Shown here in pieces: positions 48,246 through 57,176 of a stretch of 64,000 bases of DNA (positions are counted from its first letter, which is position 1; each line of letters starts with the position of its first letter). The stretch comes from Phycisphaeraceae bacterium (GTDB lineage Bacteria > Planctomycetota > Phycisphaerae > Phycisphaerales > Phycisphaeraceae). The stretch is taken from positions 3,520,001 to 3,584,000 of the forward strand of contig OY771506.1 in NCBI GenBank assembly GCA_963674705.1. Reading direction: 5' to 3'. The notes beneath the pieces were generated by a model. It searched no databases. It saw only the letters and a list, made by a program, of their open reading frames with translations, and had not been told where the DNA came from. The translations under genes were made by a program, and so were the position numbers.

Positions 48246-49784
48246 ATGAGAATACTGCTTGTCTTCCCCGAATTCGCGGAAAGTTTCTGGAGTCTGAGCC
48301 GAGCGCTGGACATCATTAAACGCCAGTCCCTGCTTCCGCCGCTAGGTCTTCTGACCGTCGCCGCGATGCTGCCCCCGGCATGGGAGAAGCGGCTGATCGA
48401 TATCAACGTGCAGCCGTTGACCGATGCTGACCTACATTGGGCCGACGTGGTGCTTCTTGGAGCGCTTACCATTCAATGGCAAGGTGCGGAGAAGGTGATC
48501 GCCCGTTGCAAGGCGATGGACAAAAAGATCGTTGCCGGGGGTCCGCTGTTCACCGCCGCGTACGCGCTGTTTCAGGATGTTGACCATTTCGTCCTCAACG
48601 AGGCGGAGTTGACGGTGTCGGATCTGGTATCGGATCTGGAGAGAGGAACCCCCAGGCGGATGTATCGAACCCGCGAATTGGCGGACATGCGAACAACACC
48701 TTCGCCACTTTGGCGGCTGGCGAAACTGGACCGCTACGCTCTCGCGGGTATTCAGTACTCGCGCGGATGTCCATTCGATTGCGACTTTTGTAATGTGACC
48801 GCCATGCTCGGTCGTAATCCTCGTGTGAAAGACGCGAGCCAGATTACACGTGAATTGGATGATCTATACGCCGCTGGTTGGCGTGATCGCGTCTTCTTTG
48901 TCGACGACAATCTGATCGGCAACAAGCCGGCGGTTCGCAAGGAACTTCTCCCGGCATTGATTGCCTGGCAGGAGTCGCACACACGTTTGCCCTTGTGCAC
49001 GCAGGTGTCGATTAACCTGGCCGATGACGCAAAGATGATGCGTGATATGGTCGAGGCCGGTTTTGACATGATCTTCATTGGCATCGAATCGTCGGACCCC
49101 GCAAGTCTTGCCGAGTGTCAGAAGAGACAGAACTGCAACCGCGACATGATTGCCAACATCAAGTCGCTCCAGCGAGCCGGCCTGGAAGTGCAGGGCGGGT
49201 TCATCGTCGGTTTTGATCATGATACCGCTGATGTTTTCCAGCAGCAGGCCGATTTTATTGCTGAAAGCGGCATCGTGACCGCGATGGTTGGCCAGTTGCA
49301 GGCAGCGCCCGGTACACGGCTGAAAGATCGACTGGCGTCAGAAGGCCGGCTTCAGCGTGGCAGCCTCGGTCATAACACCGACGGCAGCACAAACTTCGAG
49401 CCGATCATGGGCTTGAACTTATTGCGGGATGGTCATGCATGGGTATTACGTACCATCTTTGCGCCGCCGGCCTATTACCGCCGGATCAAGACGCTTCTCA
49501 AAGAGTTCCCCTCGCCAGCCGTGCGCCGCCCCCTGAGTCGGGGAGACTTCAAGGCCTGGTGGCGTACGATGATCCGCTTCGGCATCTTGGGTGCTGAACG
49601 GGTGGAATACTGGAAACTAGTGATCTGGACGCTATGGCATAAGCCGCGACTGCTGGCGATGGCGCTACGCCTGGCGGCAATCGGTCATCATCATCGGCGA
49701 ATGTCCGATCAACTGTCGGCAATCTTGACCGAAACGCACGAACGGGAGACTTATCGAAGAACAGCACCCGCACAAGTTGTTTAG
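48246..49784 (+). CDS. cobalamin-binding radical SAM protein (class B methyltransferase-like, DUF4070 C-terminus, HpnP-like)
   Basis: PPLGLLTVAAM B12-binding start, SRGCPFDCDFC, VDDN, GIES, GFIVGFD. Confidence 0.9.
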   Translation: MRILLVFPEFAESFWSLSRALDIIKRQSLLPPLGLLTVAAMLPPAWEKRLIDINVQPLTDADLHWADVVLLGALTIQWQGAEKVIARCKAMDKKIVAGGPLFTAAYALFQDVDHFVLNEAELTVSDLVSDLERGTPRRMYRTRELADMRTTPSPLWRLAKLDRYALAGIQYSRGCPFDCDFCNVTAMLGRNPRVKDASQITRELDDLYAAGWRDRVFFVDDNLIGNKPAVRKELLPALIAWQESHTRLPLCTQVSINLADDAKMMRDMVEAGFDMIFIGIESSDPASLAECQKRQNCNRDMIANIKSLQRAGLEVQGGFIVGFDHDTADVFQQQADFIAESGIVTAMVGQLQAAPGTRLKDRLASEGRLQRGSLGHNTDGSTNFEPIMGLNLLRDGHAWVLRTIFAPPAYYRRIKTLLKEFPSPAVRRPLSRGDFKAWWRTMIRFGILGAERVEYWKLVIWTLWHKPRLLAMALRLAAIGHHHRRMSDQLSAILTETHERETYRRTAPAQVV

Positions 49785-49833
49785 TGGGTTAACGCCTTCC
49801 AGGAACAGTGTTCGCTCTCATACTCCGAATGAA

Positions 49834-51060
49834 TCAACTGCCGCAAGCGGTGCTCGGCGACGAAACTTCTGACCGACTCCCACCCATGTGTAGGTTGATT
49901 CGGCGCTCGAGCGGCAACAGCGCATCTTTACCCTTGATCAATACTACCTGCCATAGCTGAAGATCTCCCCAGCGGAACGCGGCTTCCGCTCCTTGCAGGT
50001 ATAGCCACCACATGCGAGCAAACGATTCGTCGTACATGGACGCGACCTGAACACGCACGGCCTGAAAACATTCCGACCAGCAACTAAGCGTCTTGGCGTA
50101 GTGTCGGCGGAGGTTCTCAACATCCCCGATCCAAAGGTCCTCCCCGGCAGCTTGTGAGGTGATCTGCGTCAGAGCCGGCAGGTATCCGCCGGGAAAGATA
50201 TATCGCCGAATCCAAGGATCGACCGGCTTTGGTGTCATCCGCCCAATGGTGTGCAGAACCGAAAGACCCCCATCAGCGAGCAAATCATGCCATCGACGGA
50301 AGAACTCCGGGTAATGTTTCATACCCACGTGCTCAAACATGCCGATACTGATGATCCGGTCGAAGCGACCCGTTACGTCCCGCCAATCGCCACAAATAAT
50401 ACGGACCTGATCGCCTAGTCGTTGTCGTCTGGCTTCTGCTTCGATGTAATCAGCTTGTGCCTTCACCGGCGTGACGCCGACAGCGCGGACGCCATGATGA
50501 TTAGCGGCATGGAACAACAGCGAACCCCAGCCGCATCCGATATCCAGCAGCGTCTTCCCAGGCCGTAGACACGCTTTTTGGCAGACGACTTCTAGCTTCT
50601 GCTGTTGTGCCGTGGCCAGGTCGTCATCCTCATGAAGGAAGTACGCACAGGAGTAGGTCAGCGTCGGGTCGAGCCAGAGCTTGTAGAAGTCGTTGCCGAT
50701 GTTGTAGTGGTGACGAGCGTTGGATATGGCTTGGCGGCGTGAGTTCCGCCATGAAAAGCTGTGGCACCATTCGGTCATGCAATAGTGCCATTCCGAAGCG
50801 ATCCCCGGCCATGCGCAATAAAACCCTTCGAGCACGTCCAACAGATGACCACGGACCTCGATATCCCCCTTCATGTAGGACTCGCCGAATGTAAGAGACG
50901 GGCAACGCCAGAGCCTCCACATGAGAGTGGGCCTGTGTATGATGATCTCTGCCGCCACCTTGCCTTGACCGAGGGTATAGCACTGGTCCCCGACTGCAAC
51001 ACGTACGGCTGGTCTTGGCCAGTATTTTTGAAGATGCGTAATTACCTGTTTAGCAAACAC
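49834..51060 (-). CDS. cfa: cyclopropane-fatty-acyl-phospholipid synthase family methyltransferase
   Basis: HHYNIGNDFY, YSCAYF, LDIGCGWG, SIGMFEHVG, YIFPGG, HYAKTL. Confidence 0.93.
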   Translation of the reverse strand: MFAKQVITHLQKYWPRPAVRVAVGDQCYTLGQGKVAAEIIIHRPTLMWRLWRCPSLTFGESYMKGDIEVRGHLLDVLEGFYCAWPGIASEWHYCMTEWCHSFSWRNSRRQAISNARHHYNIGNDFYKLWLDPTLTYSCAYFLHEDDDLATAQQQKLEVVCQKACLRPGKTLLDIGCGWGSLLFHAANHHGVRAVGVTPVKAQADYIEAEARRQRLGDQVRIICGDWRDVTGRFDRIISIGMFEHVGMKHYPEFFRRWHDLLADGGLSVLHTIGRMTPKPVDPWIRRYIFPGGYLPALTQITSQAAGEDLWIGDVENLRRHYAKTLSCWSECFQAVRVQVASMYDESFARMWWLYLQGAEAAFRWGDLQLWQVVLIKGKDALLPLERRINLHMGGSRSEVSSPSTACGS

Positions 51061-51572
51061 ACGACCTTCCCTATGCCAAATAGTTCAGAACACTACCCCC
51101 TGGGTGCGATGTCGGAACGCTGAGACAAAGGCCGGCGACGGTGATCCTAAATGATAGCACTATCATCTTCAAATCCGTACATTCGTTGGGATATGGAGTA
51201 GGATGCGAGAGCGTAAAAAACCCAACTACTATGCAATTAATGGGGTTATTCTGGAAAGAAGGCGATCTTTTGACTCATGTGTAACAAAACTCCTCCTATT
51301 TCCTCTCAGCCGCTCATCATCATGCCTTCTTGCATCGCCACGCCTGCCATCATCTACCGCAATCCTAAATCAATCTGGTCATCCCCGCATTAATATGCAC
51401 CATGATCACCCGCAGCTTCCCTATGATCTGCCCCGGCGCGTGTTGATTCCTGGCCATGACCTGCCCGTTCGTTAATGCGTCCGCGATCACGGGATCGTCC
51501 CATAAATCTTGGACTGGTATTTAGGGGACATCCCAAATCAACATAATATCGACCCGAGATATCTGGTTTTAC

Positions 51573-51600
51573 TTGCTTTCCTAATTTAACAGTCTATGGT
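51573..51600 (+). promoter_or_regulatory. sigma70-like promoter of RNA motif copy 1
   Basis: TTGCTT-16 bp-TATGGT placing +1 at about 51607. Confidence 0.6.
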
Positions 51601-51606
51601 GTAGGC

Positions 51607-51748
51607 AGTGTTGGAGCCAACGCAGTGCTAGATCGGCTCCGGCACCGGATGACTGGATAAAGGGCAGGCGCTCAGGCGGCAGGCCCGTTAACAAGTAAGC
51701 CGATGTGGTTCACCACCTTAGGGTGCGGAACCACATCGGCTTTTTTTT
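51607..51748 (+). ncRNA. structured leader / ncRNA motif, copy 1 (ends in intrinsic terminator)
   Basis: conserved with 61579-61722; three hairpins, the last followed by T8. Confidence 0.8.
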
Positions 51749-51841
51749 GTCGATTTTCCTGACCGTTCAGGATGCCCACTAAGCAAACAATCTCTTGGAT
51801 GGGCGGCGTAAATGACATTTGAACACTTTAAGGGATAGACC

Positions 51842-52120
51842 ATGACCACGAAGAGCACACTGGATATCAGCCCATTGGGTACCGACAGCCGCTGGGAACA
51901 TATCGGGGAGAATCAGGGCTGCGCCAATCACGATCACGACCTCGTGCACGAATTGAGCCGCAGGCTGGATTCAGTCTGGCGATATGACCAGTTCATCGCT
52001 AACGCGGAAGGTCGTGAAGCACTTCAGGCCTGCTGGCGTGAATTCAAGGAACAGGATATGCGGAGCATCGTGCGGTTGAAGGAGATTTTGAAGGATGAGA
52101 TCAAGAATGGCTGCTTCTAA
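51842..52120 (+). CDS. small ferritin-like helical hypothetical protein
   Basis: HDHDLVHELSRRLDSVWRYDQF...WREFKEQD; AAGGGA RBS. Confidence 0.7.
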   Translation: MTTKSTLDISPLGTDSRWEHIGENQGCANHDHDLVHELSRRLDSVWRYDQFIANAEGREALQACWREFKEQDMRSIVRLKEILKDEIKNGCF

Positions 52121-52161
52121 AAGACGCATACCGATCTTTGCGACGATCGAAGAAGGATCTA

Positions 52162-52581
52162 ATGAATGAGAACCAACTAACGATGGCACAACAGGTGGCT
52201 CGTGCGGCCAGCGCTTACCAGTTGCGACGAACCGGACATGCCCCGAAAGCGGTGTCGGTCGTCCTGAGTGAAGGAACGCTGGTAATCACGCTTCACGGTG
52301 CTCTTACGCCGGCAGAACAGGCCTTGGCCATGAACCCCGAAGGCGCCGCACAGGTGCAGGATTTTCACCGCCAGCTCTTCGCCAACTCCTCGGATTCGCT
52401 CAGGCAGGAGATCAAGCGTATCACCGGGGTGGATGTGCGGGAAGCGGCATCGGAAGTCGAAACTTCCACCGGGACCGTGGTACACGCCTTTACCAGCGGC
52501 ACGATGGTCCAGGTGTTCCTGATGGCTGAAAACCTGACCGCGGAAACATGGAACGAAACTGTGGACATTAGGCAACCCTGA
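52162..52581 (+). CDS. DUF2294 / MpsC-family protein
   Basis: TGHAPKAVSV, LHGALTPAEQAL, LRQEIKRITGV pattern; AAGGA RBS. Confidence 0.85.
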   Translation: MNENQLTMAQQVARAASAYQLRRTGHAPKAVSVVLSEGTLVITLHGALTPAEQALAMNPEGAAQVQDFHRQLFANSSDSLRQEIKRITGVDVREAASEVETSTGTVVHAFTSGTMVQVFLMAENLTAETWNETVDIRQP

Positions 52582-52697
52582 CACCGGAGACCTGAGGATG
52601 GCGACGTATTCAATTGAACGACCTTGCGATACAGCCGGAATCCACGCGTGGATTGACGGCCCCTGGGAATCGCGCCGCGCTGCCATTTGTGCCGGTC

Positions 52698-52787
52698 ATG
52701 CCCCCGGCGTTCTCGTCCGACGACATCGTTCGGCGCGCGTTCGACATCTACGTCAAGAAGGGCCGCCAACAGGAGACCGCGACATGA
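52698..52787 (+). pseudogene. truncated DUF2934-like remnant
   Basis: frame encodes MPPAFSSDDIVRRAFDIYVKKGRQQETAT, similar to HDDISRRAYEIYIRSG of 58301-58507 but lacking the NWxxAE end. Confidence 0.55.
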
Positions 52788-52905
52788 AAGCTTGACGCTT
52801 GCTCGGCTAACAACATCACAATGCGGGGCTGGCGTGATACTGGATCGAAGTGATCACCTGGCGCGAGGTAACTAGGACTACAAGGGCACTACCTGAAAGG
52901 AAACG

Positions 52906-54480
52906 ATGATGGACCAACTCAATCAGCTTATGGTCGAGTTCTGGCAATATTTGCCGTATCTCGTTGGGGGCATTGCCGTCTTGGTGGTCGGTTGGATCGT
53001 GGCCTGGCTTGCAGGGAGTCTCACCCGCAGGTTGGTCAGTCGGACGCGCGTGGAGGACCGGCTCGGCGCGGCTATTAACAAGCAGTCCGGCGAGCGGACG
53101 CGACTTGCCCATTGGTTGGGCACATTGGTGTTTTGGATCATCCTGGCGATAACTCTGATCGGCGCATTGTCTGTCTTACAGCTGGCAGCGATTTCTGACT
53201 CGCTTCGTCAGGCCGTCGATGAGGTATTGCGGTATGTGCCGCAGTTGATTGCCGCGGGCATTTTGCTGCTGGCGGCTTGGCTCACGGCTGAAGTCCTGCG
53301 CTGGATCATCGTGAAGGCGTTGGAAAAGGCCAACCTGGGGCATCGACTCGGTGCCGCAGGCGGCAGCGTAACCAGAGCAGTGGGGCAGGAGTCGTCTAAA
53401 GTCACCGTGTCGCCGGAGGGTCAAAGCAGTGCAGTGACTGATTCCCATGACCTCGCTAAGACAATTGGCGATGTCGTGTACTGGACGGTGTTCCTCCTGT
53501 TCCTTCCCGCGATTCTTGGAGCTTTATCGCTCCAAGGCATTCTGGGACCGGTGCAGAGCATGGTGGATAAAGTTCTGGCCTTCCTACCCAACATCCTGGT
53601 CGCTGCGGTCATCTTGGGATTGGGCTGGTTCTTCGCGAGCATTCTCAGGCGGGTTGTCATTGGAATTCTGACCGCGTTCGGGGCAGACCGGTTGGGCAAT
53701 CGGATCGGGCTGAAGGCCGAGGATGGGAGGTCGGGGTCGATTTCTCACGTCGTAGGTTGGACGGTGTTCCTCCTGATATTGATTCCAGTGTTTCTCGCCG
53801 CACTTGATGCGTTGCGGTTGCAGTCGCTGACCCAGCCGACAAGCGAGATGCTCGCCCGAATCCTCAACGCGGTTCCGTCCATCTTCGCGGCCACTCTGGT
53901 GCTGGTGATCGCCTACGTCTTAGGCCGTATTATCAGCCAATTGGTAACGAAAATTCTGGAATCGGCGAAGTTTGACGCCTTGCCGGTAAAGCTGGGGCTG
54001 GGCGAAATGACGCCACAGTCGCAATGGGCGCCATCGAAGATGGCAGGCAGCCTGGTGTTGATCGCAATCCTGTTGTTCGCGACGATGACAAGCCTGGAAC
54101 TGCTGGGATTCGTGCAACTCTCGGCCATAATGACGAGTTTTCTGTATCTGGCGGGGCGCATTCTGCTGGGGCTGACGATCTTCGCGCTGGGGTTGTTTCT
54201 GGCCAGGATCGTCGGGCGCGCCATCACCAGTCGGGAGCACGAGTATGCATCTATCTGGTCATTGACGGCGCGAATTGCGATCCTTTTCCTAGCCGGCGCC
54301 ATGGCACTTCGCCAGATGGGCCTGGCGGACGAGATCATCTCTTTGGCTTTCGGCTTGACGTTTGGCGCCATGGCGGTAGCGGCGGCCATCGCCTTCGGGC
54401 TGGGCGGGCGCGACCTCGCGGGGCGGAAGCTTGAAGAATGGGAACAGCACCTTCGTGAGAGGCAGGAAGAGTCCAAATGA
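52906..54480 (+). CDS. mechanosensitive-channel-like conserved TM-helix repeat protein (CmpX-like)
   Basis: repeated YLP/YVP/FLP/AVP-TM units; C-terminal AAAIAFGLGGRDLA. Confidence 0.85.
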   Translation: MMDQLNQLMVEFWQYLPYLVGGIAVLVVGWIVAWLAGSLTRRLVSRTRVEDRLGAAINKQSGERTRLAHWLGTLVFWIILAITLIGALSVLQLAAISDSLRQAVDEVLRYVPQLIAAGILLLAAWLTAEVLRWIIVKALEKANLGHRLGAAGGSVTRAVGQESSKVTVSPEGQSSAVTDSHDLAKTIGDVVYWTVFLLFLPAILGALSLQGILGPVQSMVDKVLAFLPNILVAAVILGLGWFFASILRRVVIGILTAFGADRLGNRIGLKAEDGRSGSISHVVGWTVFLLILIPVFLAALDALRLQSLTQPTSEMLARILNAVPSIFAATLVLVIAYVLGRIISQLVTKILESAKFDALPVKLGLGEMTPQSQWAPSKMAGSLVLIAILLFATMTSLELLGFVQLSAIMTSFLYLAGRILLGLTIFALGLFLARIVGRAITSREHEYASIWSLTARIAILFLAGAMALRQMGLADEIISLAFGLTFGAMAVAAAIAFGLGGRDLAGRKLEEWEQHLRERQEESK

Positions 54481-54652
54481 GAATCGGATTGGATACAGGG
54501 AGACAGATGCCGCAGGGCACGGATGGATCGTGAATGAGCCGATCCATCCGCCGACGACGATCGAAGCCGCGACCGAGATTCAATGAAATACTCCAACGGG
54601 ATGAATCCTGTTGGCTTGATCGAGACCAACGAACCGTATTAAGGAACATGAA

Positions 54653-55483
54653 ATGACCCGTAACCCGATTCAGATCGTGACCCTGACCGCCGCCCTTGGC
54701 TTGCTTGGCGTATTCGCCATGGGTCAGACTCAAACTACCAGCCCGCCGGACATCGGTGCTGGACAAGGATACAAGTCCGCCGACGATTCCACCGTGAAGC
54801 CCGGCAAGCACGCTGATGGCATGAGGGAACATATGAAGGGCATGATGGAGAATATGCCGGATGACACGAAGATGCGCTGTCAGATGCAGATGAACATGGT
54901 GGTCAGTCCCAGCGACCCGAGCGCCATCCTGGCCCTGAAGGATCAACTCCTACTCACCACAGACCAGACCACGGAGTTGGATGCCATCATCAAGGAGGCG
55001 CGGACCCAAGCGGTTGCCGTGCTCAATGCCGACCAGCAAACAATGTTGAACACTCTGCCGCAGACACCTCATACGATGAAAGTTCTGCACGAGAAAATGA
55101 TCAGCCAGATGCAACCGATGAGGACAACGACACCGAGCAACAAGCCAATGGATTGTCCCGTGATGCAGATGATGCGGGATCAGGCCTCGTCAACGACGCT
55201 GCCAATATCCGGCTCACCGTCTATGGCGCCGACTGATAAGACAGCCATTGAACCCAAAACCGCCACCGATGTCTTGGACAGCGGTGACGCTAACACGGCC
55301 AAGGCGGCTACGCTCCTCAGCCAACTCGAGCAATACACCACCGATAACAAGATCGATCTTGCCGAGAAGACACTCAACCAACTCGACGGGATGGAAGGAT
55401 TGCTCCCCGCATCACTCCAGAGCCAGATCGAGACCGCTCGGACGGCACTGAAAGCGAAACAAGCGGCGGCAACCATGTACTAG
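54653..55483 (+). CDS. secreted Met-rich Spy/CpxP-like protein with extra C-terminal helical domain
   Basis: signal peptide; LLLTTDQ and VLNADQQ (LTxxQ-like) motifs; Met clusters. Confidence 0.7.
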   Translation: MTRNPIQIVTLTAALGLLGVFAMGQTQTTSPPDIGAGQGYKSADDSTVKPGKHADGMREHMKGMMENMPDDTKMRCQMQMNMVVSPSDPSAILALKDQLLLTTDQTTELDAIIKEARTQAVAVLNADQQTMLNTLPQTPHTMKVLHEKMISQMQPMRTTTPSNKPMDCPVMQMMRDQASSTTLPISGSPSMAPTDKTAIEPKTATDVLDSGDANTAKAATLLSQLEQYTTDNKIDLAEKTLNQLDGMEGLLPASLQSQIETARTALKAKQAAATMY

Positions 55484-55605
55484 TCGTGATACGAACTTGA
55501 TTCGACGGCCTCAGCTTAACCTAGATGTCGCATGACTACGCGTCGTAATACTCAGATTTTTCGCGCATGTTACTGAAACACATTAACCGCAAAGAAACAA
55601 GGAAC

Positions 55606-56202
55606 ATGACAATGTCTCGCCACCTGATTGTGACCGTGATTCTAGCCACCACCATGCTTGTCGGCTGCGGCCGCGAGGAACCCAAGTCGACACCGCAGAC
55701 CAAAGCCGCCGCATCTCGCAGCGCTGTGGAGGATGCGGCCGCTAAGGCCGCAATCGATACAAAGAAGGCAGCGGACGCCAAAATCGCTGCTGATACAAAA
55801 ACGGCCACTGCCGTAAAGGTGGCTGCTGATCGGGCCGCAGCCGACACAAAGAGCGCGGCAGACGCAAAGATCGCCGCGGATCTCAAGGCCGCTGAAGTTG
55901 CCAAGGCTGATGCCGATCAGGCAGCCGCCGACGCCAAAGCCGCACTCGATCAAAAGACGGCCGCCGATGTTAAGGCCGCCGCAGAGGTTAAAGCGGCCTC
56001 TGATCAAGCTACAGCAGAGGCGAATTCGCTTCTCACGCAGGTACAGCAGTACATCAAGGACAACAAGTACGAGCTTGCGGAGCAGACACTCGACAAACTC
56101 GACGGCATGAAAGGCTCGCTACCGGTATCGCTCCAGAACCAGATCGAAACCGCACGGACAGCCCTCAAGGCAAAACAAGTAGCCGGAATACTGCCGAAGT
56201 GA
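55606..56202 (+). CDS. Ala/Asp/Lys-rich lipoprotein
   Basis: lipobox LVGC; AADxK low-complexity repeats; C-terminal domain shared with the upstream ORF. Confidence 0.8.
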   Translation: MTMSRHLIVTVILATTMLVGCGREEPKSTPQTKAAASRSAVEDAAAKAAIDTKKAADAKIAADTKTATAVKVAADRAAADTKSAADAKIAADLKAAEVAKADADQAAADAKAALDQKTAADVKAAAEVKAASDQATAEANSLLTQVQQYIKDNKYELAEQTLDKLDGMKGSLPVSLQNQIETARTALKAKQVAGILPK

Positions 56203-56287
56203 TTTGGATAAGTGTTGGCAAATACTGCTTGCTTTGATTCATCTTGGGCGTAAGAACTGCCCAGATACCAACCTTGGAAGACACACC

Positions 56288-57172
56288 ATGAAGGACCATG
56301 ACATCCAACGAGATCCAGAAAGCATATTAACGGCTCCTAATAATGGATCAAGAAGGTCCGTATCGGACAATCCACCTCAGACGCCGAATGCCGGATCGCA
56401 TCACGCGATTAAGCAGCGGATGACGGAGGCCGAACAGCGGGCTATACAGCTGTGTAAATTAGCCGTCGAGCTGAAACAAGACAATGCGCGGGATCGCCGG
56501 GACCTGGCCCGGGTTCTGCGTGACGACCTCCAGCAGACGCTGGTGGCGGCTTACCTGTGGGTCAGGATGACAAGGACGAAGGACACGGAGCAAGCATTGA
56601 AAGAGGCCCTTGAACCCGTGGAAGAATTGATCAGTCAAGGCCTTGTCACCCTGCGCTCGCTGGCCAGTCAATTGAGCCCTCAGCTTCTCTATGAGAGCAG
56701 CTTCGTCTCGGCCCTGGCGTGGCTGGCTCGTGAGGCGCAGGCAATGCATGGCATGGAGGTCAGCATCAGTGCAGATCCACATGTCGAGCCAAGCACTCAA
56801 GAGGTGCGTTCCGTCCTGTTCCGCGGCGTTAAGGAACTGCTGTTCAACAACGTCAAGCACACACCGGTACGGACCATATCGATCACGGTCATACGGGCTG
56901 TGGATAAGCTGCGCGTGACCGTGGATGGCCGGGGCGTAGGTTTTAATCCCACCGGATCTGAAAACACAGCCGACGGAGGTTTCAGCTTGATTTTGATACG
57001 TGAATGCCTGACCTATCTGGGTGGGAGCCTGGAGTTGAATGACACTCCCGGGCATGGGACCCGGGCCGAGTTTGTAATCCCGCAAGAACCACGAGAACAC
57101 AAAACAAGCATGCCTAGATTAGTAGCTAAAGCCTGTGTGGCGCAAAACAGTACACATCATTGTAAGGAATAA
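56288..57172 (+). CDS. NarX/UhpB-type (HisKA_3) histidine kinase-like protein, degenerate
   Basis: LARVLRDDLQQ (H replaced by R), LSPQLL, ELLFNNVKH, DGRGVGF, PGHGT. Confidence 0.75.
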   Translation: MKDHDIQRDPESILTAPNNGSRRSVSDNPPQTPNAGSHHAIKQRMTEAEQRAIQLCKLAVELKQDNARDRRDLARVLRDDLQQTLVAAYLWVRMTRTKDTEQALKEALEPVEELISQGLVTLRSLASQLSPQLLYESSFVSALAWLAREAQAMHGMEVSISADPHVEPSTQEVRSVLFRGVKELLFNNVKHTPVRTISITVIRAVDKLRVTVDGRGVGFNPTGSENTADGGFSLILIRECLTYLGGSLELNDTPGHGTRAEFVIPQEPREHKTSMPRLVAKACVAQNSTHHCKE

Positions 57173-57176
57173 AGAT

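Noticed and set aside
51519..51538. Imperfect palindrome atttagggga-catcccaaat upstream of the copy-1 promoter (possible LuxR/NarL-type site)
   Set aside because: Not seen upstream of copy 2 and no cognate regulator in the window; too weak to call
51607..51748. Assignment of the duplicated motif to a known riboswitch (c-di-GMP, c-di-AMP, fluoride, guanidine, ZTP, T-box)
   Set aside because: I could not find the hallmark consensus elements of these classes; left unassigned pending an Rfam search
55700..56010. Repetitive gccgccga/gcagcc DNA
   Set aside because: Explained by Ala-Asp-Lys low-complexity coding sequence of the lipoprotein
57045..57055. ctcccgggcat, matching the tRNA-Leu 3' end (possible attR)
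   Set aside because: Only 11 bp, and inside the kinase G2-box codons (TPGHG); a 9-bp match at 42832 is likewise too short; chance is sufficient
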